DNA from: Phycisphaerae bacterium | Lineage (GTDB): Bacteria > Planctomycetota > Phycisphaerae > UBA1845 | Direction of reading: 5' to 3' | Length of the DNA stretch: 64,000 nucleotides | Assembly: GCA_963666835.2 (NCBI GenBank) | Contig: CAXXGO010000001.1 | Span: forward strand, 1,312,001 to 1,376,000 | Part shown: positions 9,169-18,559 of the stretch, piece by piece | Position numbering within the stretch: the stretch's first letter is position 1 | Layout: every line of letters starts with the position of its first letter | Made by a program: the position numbers and the translations under genes | The notes under the pieces: model-generated | Told to the model about the DNA's origin: nothing | Seen by the model: the letters and a program-made list of their open reading frames with translations, nothing else | Database searches by the model: none

Positions 9169-9290
9169 GGTGGACATATGTCACTATCTTCGGCGTATGT
9201 TCGGAAGATGTACGTCGCACGAAGACCAGCGGCAGGTCTCGTTCCTCGACCATGCCCTACGAGGGGAAGCAGAAGCGCGCTTGCGAGCGG

Positions 9291-11114
9291 TTAGCTCTTC
9301 TTGCGGGTCGCGCGGCGGCGGTCGAGTTCTTTGAGCACGCGCTTGCGCAGGCGGATGGCGTCGGGGGTGACTTCCACGGCCTCGTCGTCGGCGATGAACT
9401 CCAAGGCCATCTCCAGCGGCATCTCGCGGGGGGGGCGGAGGACGACCGTTTTGTCGGCCGCGGCCGCCCGGATGTTGGTCATCTTCTTCGCCCGGCAGAT
9501 GTTCACTTCGAGATCGTTGTCGCGGCAATGCTCTCCGACTATCTGGCCTTCATAGACCTGGGTCCCCGGGCCGACGAAGAACTCGCCGCGGTCGGCCAGG
9601 TTGTTTATGGCGTATCCCGTTACCTGTCCCGGTTCGTTGGCCACGAGGACTCCGTTCTGCCGACCGGGAATGTCGCCGCGGAAGAACTCGTACTCATAGA
9701 AGTTGTGGTGCATGATGGCCGTGCCGTTGGTGGCGTTGAGCATGCGGTTGCGCAACCCAATCAACCCACGTGCCGGGATGGTGAACTCGATCAAGGTCGA
9801 GTCGCCGCGCGATTCCATGGTCTTGCAGATGCCGCGCCGCCCGCCCATTAACTCCATAACAGTTCCGACATGTTGTGACGGCACATCGATTACGCAGAGC
9901 TCGATCGGTTCGGTTTTCTTGCCCGCCAGTTCGCGATAGATGACCTTCGGTTTGCCCACGGCCAGCTCATATCCCTCGCGCCGCATGTTCTCAATCAACA
10001 CGGACAAGTGCAGCATCCCCCGACCGGATACGTGCATCTCCTCGGGAGTGTGTCCCGGCTCGACCCGCAGAGCGACGTTGCTCTGCATTTCCTTTTCCAG
10101 GCGATCGCGCAGGTGGCGCGACGTGAGGAACTTGCCGGACCGCCCCGTAAACGGAGAGTCGTTTACGCGGAAGGTCATGTGGAGCGTCGGTTCGTCGATA
10201 CGGATGATCGGGAGTGGTTCGGGGTTATCAGCGCAGGCGATGGTGTTGCCGATGTCGACCGTCTGCAGCCCGACGACCGCGCAGATGTCACCGGCCGGGA
10301 CCTCTTCGACCCTTGCTCGTCCCAACCCATCGAAGGTGAACAGCTCTCCGATACGTTCCTTGTGTTGCGTGCCGTCCCGGTGGATCAAGGTCACGTCACT
10401 ACCGGCCCGGATTGAACCGGCGAAGACGCGACCGATACCGATTCGACCGACGTAGTCGTTGTAGTCGAGCGTCGTGACGAGCATTTGCAGCGGGGCGTCG
10501 GGTTTGACGTCGGGGGGCGGGACATGTTCGAGAATCACGTCGAACAGAGCGAAGATGTTGTCCGGGCGTTCGTTTGCGTTCATTGCCGCGAAACCGAGTG
10601 TGGCCGACGTGTAAACGGTGACGAATTCAAGGGCGTCATCATCGGCGCTCAGCTCGATGAACAGATCGAGCACCTCGTCGAGCACGCTGTCAGGTCGGGC
10701 GTCGGGGCGATCGATTTTGTTGATTACTACGATCGGTCGGAGATGGTTCTCGAAGGCCTTGCGCAGGACGAATCTCGTTTGCGGCATCGGTCCTTCGAAC
10801 GCATCCACCAGCAGCAGGCAGCCGTCGGCCATTTTCAGGACCCGCTCAACCTCACCGCCGAAATCAGCGTGGCCTGGGGTGTCGACGAGGTTGATCTTCG
10901 TGCCGCGGTAATTGATTGCGATGTTCTTGGACAGGATTGTGATGCCGCGTTCGCGCTCGATATCGTTGGAGTCGAGGATCCGCTCGCCCGAGACCTGGGC
11001 CGCTCGAAACTGGCCGCACTGGCGGAGCATCTGATCGACCAGGGTGGTCTTTCCGTGGTCGACGTGGGCGATGATGGCGATGTTACGAATAGCGGTGTTC
11101 TTCAAGAGCGGCAC
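9291..11114 (-). CDS. typA: Translational GTPase TypA/BipA
   Basis: [44 protein letters not shown] and BipA C-terminus. Confidence 0.97.
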   Translation of the reverse strand: MPLLKNTAIRNIAIIAHVDHGKTTLVDQMLRQCGQFRAAQVSGERILDSNDIERERGITILSKNIAINYRGTKINLVDTPGHADFGGEVERVLKMADGCLLLVDAFEGPMPQTRFVLRKAFENHLRPIVVINKIDRPDARPDSVLDEVLDLFIELSADDDALEFVTVYTSATLGFAAMNANERPDNIFALFDVILEHVPPPDVKPDAPLQMLVTTLDYNDYVGRIGIGRVFAGSIRAGSDVTLIHRDGTQHKERIGELFTFDGLGRARVEEVPAGDICAVVGLQTVDIGNTIACADNPEPLPIIRIDEPTLHMTFRVNDSPFTGRSGKFLTSRHLRDRLEKEMQSNVALRVEPGHTPEEMHVSGRGMLHLSVLIENMRREGYELAVGKPKVIYRELAGKKTEPIELCVIDVPSQHVGTVMELMGGRRGICKTMESRGDSTLIEFTIPARGLIGLRNRMLNATNGTAIMHHNFYEYEFFRGDIPGRQNGVLVANEPGQVTGYAINNLADRGEFFVGPGTQVYEGQIVGEHCRDNDLEVNICRAKKMTNIRAAAADKTVVLRPPREMPLEMALEFIADDEAVEVTPDAIRLRKRVLKELDRRRATRKKS

Positions 11115-11339
11115 CTTTGTCTAGTTGACTGTCCAAGGGTGTTGTTGTTCGAGAGATTAATCGCGCGACAAGCCAATTGACACCCAACGCTTGCACGCGA
11201 AGCACGCGGTACTTGTAGCGTTGGCTTCGGTCCGGGGCAATGCTCCAGGCGGCGAATGTTGTGGCTGTCCGGTGTTTCTTCGTATCGGACGTTGTTTTCG
11301 TCTGCTACAGCGTTGGAATCGCGAGCAAACCGCGATCCG

Positions 11340-11858
11340 TCACAGATTCCGGAGCATCATAACACGATTGTCCATAGGAAGGCCCAGGCGAGCGTCAAAC
11401 TCCAACAGGTCCCGTTGCGGTTGGGTCAACTCGGCTTCGGCGAGGATTCGGAACCCGAGCCGGGCGTAGAACGGTGCATTCCACGGTATGTTGGCGAGAG
11501 TTGAGAGGGTGATCGCGGGGTAGCTTGCCTGTTTCGCCCAGGCGCAGACCGTTTCCACGAGGGTCCTGCCGATACCGCGCCGGCCGTGGTCCGGATGAAC
11601 GTCCAGCTCGTCGAGGTGGGCGTTATCGCCCACGGTTGTGCCGACCGCGAAGCCGACCGGCAGATCTCTGTCATTCGCAGCGACCCACACGCGCCCGGCC
11701 TGCGCGTGTTCGGTGAGCAAATCGAGCGGCATGACGATCCGGGAAAACGTCTCTGCCAATCCGAAGCTCGCGAAACGGACCGCGGCCAGCCGCTCTATTT
11801 CCGATAGCGCCGCGACTTCGTCTTGCCGGGCAAGTCTGATCTGGTAGTCCGGAGCCAT
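11340..11858 (-). CDS. GNAT family N-acetyltransferase
   Basis: VHPDHGRRGIGRTL acetyl-CoA motif; NAPFYARLGF. Confidence 0.9.
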   Translation of the reverse strand: MAPDYQIRLARQDEVAALSEIERLAAVRFASFGLAETFSRIVMPLDLLTEHAQAGRVWVAANDRDLPVGFAVGTTVGDNAHLDELDVHPDHGRRGIGRTLVETVCAWAKQASYPAITLSTLANIPWNAPFYARLGFRILAEAELTQPQRDLLEFDARLGLPMDNRVMMLRNL

Positions 11859-12002
11859 GCCGGCTATGATCGCGGGTGAGCCGGAATGCTGCAAGCATTT
11901 GGAGCAAGATCGCCGGCTGGCCCGCCTCTTTGGAGGTGGGGAGCCCCATTCTGTGTGTTGCGGGAGATACTGCAGATGCCTGCGCTACGCGAAGGGGTCC
12001 CC

Positions 12003-12080
12003 CACGTCCAGACGGCATTACCTCGGGCGATTCTCGACGGATTGGACTGTGCGCGAAAGTCAAAAGGACGTGGGCCACCC
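12003..12080 (+). repeat. 78-bp direct repeat, copy 1
   Basis: Matches 13079-13156 with one mismatch. Confidence 0.9.
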
Positions 12081-12138
12081 GGCCACCCGGCCGGAGGTGG
12101 AATGCGCTGCTTGTGGCGACTAGAATCGGGCGTGGAGG

Positions 12139-12969
12139 TTGCCGGTGTATTGTCGGGAATGTCACTACGATCTGCGCGGGCAGGACGTGCCCCGTTGTCC
12201 GGAATGTGGGACGGCGTTCGCGTTCGATGATCCGAGCAGTTACCTTCGTAGGGTGCCGGGTTTCCTCGGTCGCAGAGTGCAGGGGATACGGCGCCGGCGG
12301 TGGTTTCTGCTGGTTGTTTTGACCGCGGCGCTGTTGTGCGGCTATGCCGAAGCGTATTCCCACATGCCGTCTTTGCGTAACGCAAGACACGAGCGGCTTC
12401 TTTCCGCTCAGACCCTCAAGTGGATCATGGCAGTCTGGATGAACTACCAGCGTGAGCATCCAAGGCAGCATGAGTTCGATGCGGATGTGATCGGAAGAGC
12501 CGTCGGTACTCGCCCGAGTCCATGGTCAGAGCCGACTGAGGCTAGACGCCGAGCGACTTTGGCCTACGTGTTGGAGTTCGGGGGGGTGTTTGTGATTCCA
12601 ATCCTCGCATATTTGATAGCGGTCGGAGTCTTATTCCGCTGGAGAATGCGCCGAATAGGGTTTGCCGCACTGTTGGTTGCAGCGTTGGTAATACTGGGCT
12701 GCCGATATGCAAACGAAACGGCCGTGTGGCTCTATCCGGGAACGCATGCGTACCTTAAAGACTACGTTTTCATCTCGGGAGTGAACCTGGCGAGATCGAA
12801 TCCGCAAAGGGGGATGACGATTGCCGCGTACGACATCCACATTCCCCGCAAGCATGCGCGTTTGACGATCGCGTATGGCGATGGACATGTGAATCACCTC
12901 TGGTGGGACGATCGAGCGAAACCGTTGTTCGAAGCTCAAGGTATACCGTTTCCTGAGGGGCTTGAGTGA
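12139..12969 (+). CDS. Membrane protein with N-terminal zinc ribbon and C-terminal xYxDGHV motif
   Basis: GGAGG near TTG start; CRECHYDLRG...CPECG; IAYGDGHV. Confidence 0.7.
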   Translation: MPVYCRECHYDLRGQDVPRCPECGTAFAFDDPSSYLRRVPGFLGRRVQGIRRRRWFLLVVLTAALLCGYAEAYSHMPSLRNARHERLLSAQTLKWIMAVWMNYQREHPRQHEFDADVIGRAVGTRPSPWSEPTEARRRATLAYVLEFGGVFVIPILAYLIAVGVLFRWRMRRIGFAALLVAALVILGCRYANETAVWLYPGTHAYLKDYVFISGVNLARSNPQRGMTIAAYDIHIPRKHARLTIAYGDGHVNHLWWDDRAKPLFEAQGIPFPEGLE

Positions 12970-13078
12970 GCCCGGCCGTGCATGGATCGGCTATGCCTCC
13001 TCTTGGGCGCCGGGTGGCTTATCGCTTTAGCGGTGGGGAACTCGTTCGAGTGTGAGCAGACATTGTCATCGGGTCCAT

Positions 13079-13156
13079 CACGTCCAGACGGCATTACCTC
13101 GGGCGATTCTCCACGGATTGGACTGTGCGCGAAAGTCAAAAGGACGTGGGCCACCC
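13079..13156 (+). repeat. 78-bp direct repeat, copy 2
   Basis: Matches 12003-12080. Confidence 0.9.
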
Positions 13157-13290
13157 AGTGCGGTATGCCCCACGGGTCAACAAGTTGACCCATGCCACCC
13201 ATGCGGCACGCTTGTGGGATTCCATCTTGTGCGTTGTGCGAGATAATGCAGGCAGGATGCCTGCGCTAGGCGAGTGGGAACTCCCGTTGC

Positions 13291-15057
13291 CTATTGCGTG
13301 GTCACGTGGGCGTATCCGGTGCGCAGGGGGCCGCCGCGGGCGGTGGACCAGAGGATGCAGTTGGCAGAAGAGCCCGGGACTGTAAACACGTCCATGCCGT
13401 GGTCGAAAGTCTGGACGAATACTTCGAGCTGCCCGTCCCCGGTCAGGTCGCCCACGGTCGGGGCGGCCGGAGCGCCGTTTCCATTCCCGTTGTGACCCGG
13501 CGATGGCAGTGCGATATCGTGCAGTACGCCGCCGCCGGCGTCCAGGACCATCAGGTATCCGGAATCATCCGTGTCCGGATCGCCATAGGTGCATAGAAGC
13601 AACTCGGGGATGCCGTCGGCATTAAGATCAGCCACGGTGACTTCCGAAGCGTACATGATCGAATGACCATGAGTGAAGTCCGTACGCCAGAGGCGGGTGC
13701 CGTCGGCGTCGAACAGATAGACGTAGCCATCGTTCAGCGATACAGCGATCTCCGGGCGGTCGTCGCCCTGGACGTTGGCAATCGCCGGCGCGGGCACGCC
13801 GGACGGTGGATACCAGCCGTCAACGTCAATTGGAGGCTCGCCGCGCGGCAGGGTCTCCCAGCCGGCCTTTCTCATGGCCGAGCGACTACCGTCGCCGTGG
13901 GCGCCTTCCAGCACCATGACCCCGTACGCCTGCGTCTCGTACGGGACGTGCATTTCGATGTTCGGCACGCCAATGACTTCGTTTTCGCCGTCTAAGTCCA
14001 AATCAACAACACTGGGTGGGGAGGCCGTCCATTGCAGCCACTCGGTCCATTCCGGGTGAGGCCAGTCCCCGGTGTGTTCGTGATAGTGATCCTCCTCGAC
14101 TTCGGGATCCGCCCAGCGAATGAACTGCCCCCAGGTCATACGTTCGCCGGAATAATCCGAGCTGCGGTTGGTGAACCAGGGGGCGGCGTCGAGCGCTGCG
14201 CCGTCATGGTCAAACGCCTGGATGTGGTGGTTATCATAGGTGGCGATCACCTCCAGTTCGTCGTCGTCGTCGATATTGCCGATCCCGACGTTGAGCCCGT
14301 AGCAACCGTACCCGTTGTGGCCTTGCCCGTTCCGATCGGCGTCGTTGCCTGAGCCGCTCAGAGCGTTGTATCGAGGCCATGCCGGGTCGTGGCCGCCGGC
14401 CGGCTGATACGCCGATCCGTCCGGGCTGAAGACGAAGACCTGGGCACCGCCGTCCTCGCTGCGTTGAGTCTGGGTCGTGGTGGCCACGATCTCGATTTGC
14501 CCGTCGAGGTTCAGATCGGCGGCGGCCAAGCCGCGTACCTCGGGAGACTCACCGGCCGTGGTGGTATCGACCGGCCAGCCGCTCTTGACCTGGAGGCTGT
14601 CGGATCGCCACTCCCACACCCAGACGTCCTTTCGGTTGCCGGCGACAATATCGGTGATGCCGTCTCCGTCGAGGTCGGTGACAACGTGGGGAGCGTAGAC
14701 GCGCCCATCTCCATCGTCGGCCTCATCGAGAAGGTTGCCTTTGTGGTCGAACACGTAGACCGAGTAGTAGGCCGCGATGAGTTCGTTATCACCGTCGCCG
14801 TCGAGGTCGTGGATAAGCGGAGAGGCGAACCAGCTAGTCTGCCCGTCGAGGGCCATGAGATGGATAGGGGCCTGAACGTCGCCGGCGCTCTCACCGGCTT
14901 GGCAGACCGGTTCCAGCACTACCGTTGAGTTTGTGCCGTCATCCGGCTCGCCGTTACCCGAATTGTCGTCACCACTCGGCGTGGGGGTGTCGGGATTGCA
15001 TCCGGACGGTGCGGCGATTATCAGCAGTGCGAGTGCGCACTTGACACATCTGGTCAT
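13291..15057 (-). CDS. FG-GAP/VCBS repeat lipoprotein
   Basis: Lipobox-like PSGC; repeated DLDGDG / DLNADG motifs. Confidence 0.85.
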   Translation of the reverse strand: MTRCVKCALALLIIAAPSGCNPDTPTPSGDDNSGNGEPDDGTNSTVVLEPVCQAGESAGDVQAPIHLMALDGQTSWFASPLIHDLDGDGDNELIAAYYSVYVFDHKGNLLDEADDGDGRVYAPHVVTDLDGDGITDIVAGNRKDVWVWEWRSDSLQVKSGWPVDTTTAGESPEVRGLAAADLNLDGQIEIVATTTQTQRSEDGGAQVFVFSPDGSAYQPAGGHDPAWPRYNALSGSGNDADRNGQGHNGYGCYGLNVGIGNIDDDDELEVIATYDNHHIQAFDHDGAALDAAPWFTNRSSDYSGERMTWGQFIRWADPEVEEDHYHEHTGDWPHPEWTEWLQWTASPPSVVDLDLDGENEVIGVPNIEMHVPYETQAYGVMVLEGAHGDGSRSAMRKAGWETLPRGEPPIDVDGWYPPSGVPAPAIANVQGDDRPEIAVSLNDGYVYLFDADGTRLWRTDFTHGHSIMYASEVTVADLNADGIPELLLCTYGDPDTDDSGYLMVLDAGGGVLHDIALPSPGHNGNGNGAPAAPTVGDLTGDGQLEVFVQTFDHGMDVFTVPGSSANCILWSTARGGPLRTGYAHVTTQ

Positions 15058-15345
15058 GAGATGATCTCCACGGGGCTTTCCCGGCCGCTCCGTTTCCAGG
15101 CCCGATCTCATCGGGAGGGTGCTCTCGGCCTGGAGGAGCATCGGAGATTCGGTGCGGGGTTCTTGAGGGTGGCGCTGACGTCGCGAGAGGGGACGGATCC
15201 CTCGGTGACTGCGGTCATTTCGCCAATAAACGTGGTGTGTATTCCGCTGTTCGGAAGGTTGGGTTTGCTATACTGAGAGCGGTGTTTCGGAGTCGCTCAG
15301 ACGCAGCGGGGGCGTCAGGTGTCGGATCTGGAGGGCGTACGGATC

Positions 15346-16050
15346 ATGAAACGAAAGCTGGTCAAGGAGAGCGAATCGATCGACCGCGAGCTTCTCGAGG
15401 CAAACGAGCAGGTCGAGCGCATAAATGCGGAGTTGGCGGAGGCTCTGCGCCGGCGGAACGAGGCGTCCGAGGGCGATCGGGAGCGGGCTGCCGCTCGCGT
15501 GGACACGCTCAACACCGAACACGCGGAGGCCGTGAGGCGGGTCCAGGAGATTAAACGGCAGAATACACTCGAACACGAACGACGGGCCAAAGAGAAGCGT
15601 CAAACCAAGAAGAGGCGGCGATCTGCGGCGACGGATACGAGCGCCGGGGACCTCGAATGGGAAGCGGCAGAGGCGTTCGAGCTGCATCAGCAAGAAGCGG
15701 AACGGGAGGAGGCCGACCGTCGGGGGCACAATGCTCGGTTGTTTGCCCGGCTGGCCGCGGAAGAGCGTCGGGAGGCGGAGAAGGCCGCTCAGCTCGAACA
15801 GCGGCGCCGGGAGGCCGAGGCTCGCGCCCGCCAAGAGGAAGAGGATCGCCGGCGCGAGGTGGAGCGGCAGGCCCGGGCGGCCGCCCGGCAGGCAATGTCG
15901 CTCAGGCGTAAAGAAGAGGCCCGCGCCGCGCGGCGCGTGCGTGTGGAAGCCGGAAATCGAGATCGCCTGGCGGAGCAGGCCGGGAAGGGGGCCTTGGCAG
16001 TCTTCTGGGATAGGGTGTTGGCATGGTTCGGCCGGGGGGGGCGACGATAG
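15346..16050 (+). CDS. Coiled-coil, E/R/A-rich hypothetical protein
   Basis: GGAGG RBS; charged helical composition. Confidence 0.6.
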   Translation: MKRKLVKESESIDRELLEANEQVERINAELAEALRRRNEASEGDRERAAARVDTLNTEHAEAVRRVQEIKRQNTLEHERRAKEKRQTKKRRRSAATDTSAGDLEWEAAEAFELHQQEAEREEADRRGHNARLFARLAAEERREAEKAAQLEQRRREAEARARQEEEDRRREVERQARAAARQAMSLRRKEEARAARRVRVEAGNRDRLAEQAGKGALAVFWDRVLAWFGRGGRR

Positions 16051-16063
16051 CCTAGAGTAAGCC

Positions 16064-16126
16064 CGGCCCACACTGCTCAAGAGCAGTGGCACACGGCCCA
16101 CACTGCACAAGAGCAGTGGCACACGG
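16064..16126. repeat. Tandem 30-bp palindromic REP (CACTGCTCAAGAGCAGTG)
   Basis: Two adjacent copies; further copies at about 7079 and 30245 (inverted). Confidence 0.85.
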
Positions 16127-16193
16127 GAATCCGTGTCTACCTTTCCGAAAGCGGCACCAGAAACGGCACGGGATTCGCCCGCTCGGCAGACTA

Positions 16194-18401
16194 CTACCGA
16201 ACGGTGATTCGGCCCGTGCCTATGCCGGTGACGCGGCCGATGACGGCGGCTGCGAGGACGTCGGCGGATTTCAGTGCCGATATTATGTCATCCACGGCGT
16301 CTTCGGCGACCGCGGCAACAAGACCGCCGGAGGTCTGGGCGTCGCACGCGAGAATGCGATAGCTTTCAGGAACCTCGCGATTCCAGGCAACCCATGGCTC
16401 GACGTGGGTTCTGTTGTTGAGGGTGCCGCCGGGTATCGTGCCGCCGACGACCAAGTCCATTGCTCCGTCGATTAACGGAAGGGACTGATGGTCGATCTCT
16501 AAGTCGACCCCGCTTCCCGCCGCCATTTCGCGGAGGTGCCCGAGCAGGCCGAACCCGGTGATGTCTGTGCAGGCATGGGCTTGTCGATTGCGCAATGCCT
16601 GGGCCGCGGCTCGGTTGAGAGTCATCATGACGTTTTGGATGCGCTGCTCACCGGCCGTGTCCAATAAGCCGGCTTTTAGAGCGGTAGACATCACGCCCAG
16701 CCCCAGCGGCTTGGTGAGAATCAGCACATCGCCGGGGACCGCCCCGGAGTTTGTCCACATGTCCTTAGGTGAGACCATGCCGGTTACGACGAGTCCGAAC
16801 TTCGGCTCGGGGTCGTCGACCGTGTGCCCGCCGAGAATGGGGATGCCTGCTTTGTCGGCCACGTGCCGCGCTCCGCGGAGAATGTCCTCCAGCACGCTAA
16901 GCGGCAGGCGATTGGAAGGAAACCCGACCACGCTCAAGGCGAACAGCGGCTCGGCTCCCATGGCATAGATGTCACTGAGCGAGTTAGCCGCAGCGATCGC
17001 CCCGAAGCTGAACGGGTCGTCCACCACCGGCGTGAAGAAGTCTACGGTTTGGACCACGGCCTGATCGTCGTTAATCCGATAGACGGCCGCGTCGTCTGCG
17101 GTTTCGGTTCCGACCAGCACGTTCGGGTTCTCGCCGATTGGCGGCAGGGAGGCGAGGACTTTCTCAAGGGCTTGCGGGCGTAGTTTGCACGCACAACCCA
17201 GCCCGCTGGTGAAGCGGGTCAGCTTGATCTCCTCGTTGGCGGCTACTTCGCACTCAATCGGACCACCCTGCGGCTGTAACCGTTTCACGGTCGAGATGAT
17301 GTCTTCGATCGCGCGGTCTGCGTCCGCGATCGTCAGGAACGCCCCGGTAGATAGCCGCACCGTGCCCATGGCGTAGTCAACCGGCACCTTCATGCCTTTG
17401 AGCGTGTCAGACATGATAACTTCGTCGTTGTGACACGCAGCTCCCGCGGAAGCGGCGATTCCGACCAACTCCGAGAGGATCGCGGCCGCCTCTATTCCTC
17501 GAAAACTCAGGCTGAGCGTATTGGGCAGGCGCTCATCCGGGTGCCCGTTTACCCGTACGGCGTCTACGCCGGCCGTGATCCCCTCTTGCAGGCGATCGCG
17601 CAACTGTCGCATGTGTTCCGCGCGCTGCGGCAGGCGCTTCTTGGCGAGCTCACAGGCCTTACCCAGTCCGACGATCTCCAGAACGTTCTCGGTACCCGCT
17701 CGGCGGCCGCGTTCGTGGTCGGCGCCGAAGACCAGCTTTTCAATCTCGACTCCCGTACGGATGTACAGAGCCCCGACCCCCTTGGGGGCGTAAAGCTTGT
17801 GACCCGCTATTGACAGTAGATCCACTCCGAGGTCGTCCACCTCGACGGGAATCTTCCCCACGGATTGGGCGGCGTCGGTGTGCATGAGCACTTCATGCCG
17901 GTGGGCAATGTCACTGATCTGCCGGATAGGTTGGATTGTCCCTACCTCGTTATTGGCGTGCATGATCGTGATGAGGATTGTGGCCGAGGTTATGGCCTTC
18001 TCGACGTCGGTAGGGTCTACCTTTCCGTATTCGTCCACCGGTACTACGGTGACGCGGAAGCCCTGCGTCTCTAGATGTCGGCAGACCTCGGATACGGCCG
18101 GGTGCTCGACGGCGGAGGTGATGATGTGGTTCCCGCGCTCGCGCAACAGTCGGGCCGCGCCGCGAATCGCCTGGTTGTTCGCTTCAGAACCGCCGCTGGT
18201 GAACACGATCTCCTCAGGCCGGGCGTTGAGCATATCGGCGACCTGTCGGCGGGCGAGTTCGACGGCCTTCTTGGTCCGTACCCCGTATACGTGTCCGCTT
18301 GACGGGTTTCCGAAGTGGGTTTCCAGGTACGGGCGCATCGCCTCGACGACGGCCGGGTCCAAGGGAGTGGTGGCGTTATAATCCAGATACAGCGGTTCCA
18401 T
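16194..18401 (-). CDS. selD: Cysteine desulfurase/selenocysteine lyase fused to selenide,water dikinase
   Basis: N-half YLDYNATTP, AGHKLYAPKG and SAGAAC; C-half GCACK, DDAAVY, QTVDFFTP and DAQTSGGL. Confidence 0.92.
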   Translation of the reverse strand: MEPLYLDYNATTPLDPAVVEAMRPYLETHFGNPSSGHVYGVRTKKAVELARRQVADMLNARPEEIVFTSGGSEANNQAIRGAARLLRERGNHIITSAVEHPAVSEVCRHLETQGFRVTVVPVDEYGKVDPTDVEKAITSATILITIMHANNEVGTIQPIRQISDIAHRHEVLMHTDAAQSVGKIPVEVDDLGVDLLSIAGHKLYAPKGVGALYIRTGVEIEKLVFGADHERGRRAGTENVLEIVGLGKACELAKKRLPQRAEHMRQLRDRLQEGITAGVDAVRVNGHPDERLPNTLSLSFRGIEAAAILSELVGIAASAGAACHNDEVIMSDTLKGMKVPVDYAMGTVRLSTGAFLTIADADRAIEDIISTVKRLQPQGGPIECEVAANEEIKLTRFTSGLGCACKLRPQALEKVLASLPPIGENPNVLVGTETADDAAVYRINDDQAVVQTVDFFTPVVDDPFSFGAIAAANSLSDIYAMGAEPLFALSVVGFPSNRLPLSVLEDILRGARHVADKAGIPILGGHTVDDPEPKFGLVVTGMVSPKDMWTNSGAVPGDVLILTKPLGLGVMSTALKAGLLDTAGEQRIQNVMMTLNRAAAQALRNRQAHACTDITGFGLLGHLREMAAGSGVDLEIDHQSLPLIDGAMDLVVGGTIPGGTLNNRTHVEPWVAWNREVPESYRILACDAQTSGGLVAAVAEDAVDDIISALKSADVLAAAVIGRVTGIGTGRITVR

Positions 18402-18559
18402 GCGTAAAGACCTTTCTCAGGGCGATAGACGCAGGTATCAAGCTCTCTTCAGATAGCGTACGTGGTGTCGGGTGATTCGCCAACACTTGTCCGCGGAAGA
18501 AGATCGAGCCGCGTGGCGTCGTCTGCGTTCCGAGCGACCTCACAGGGCAGACCAGCGTG

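Larger units (their letters stand above)
7277..9187 (+). mobile_element. Insertion element encoding two DUF1670-like proteins, with 15-bp sub-terminal inverted repeats and flanking CT
   Basis: TGACATATGTCCACC at 7284-7298 and GGTGGACATATGTCA at 9169-9183; CT at 7275-7276 and 9188-9189; removal restores the REP seen uninterrupted at 282-423; second copy at 1-209. Confidence 0.9.

Noticed and set aside
7284..9183. Classical IS ending exactly at the inverted repeats
   Set aside because: Comparison with the empty REP shows ACCTTCC and CTAT outside the IRs also belong to the insertion, and ACCTTCC is shared by both copies
9169..9189. Junction promoter formed on circularisation
   Set aside because: TGGACA is -35-like, but no good -10 falls 16-18 bp away in either orientation of the predicted junction
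16064..16126. CRISPR array
   Set aside because: Two abutting 30-bp units with no unique spacer; dispersed REP family; no cas genes
17180..17205. Selenocysteine in SelD active site
   Set aside because: Codons are TGT and TGC (Cys)
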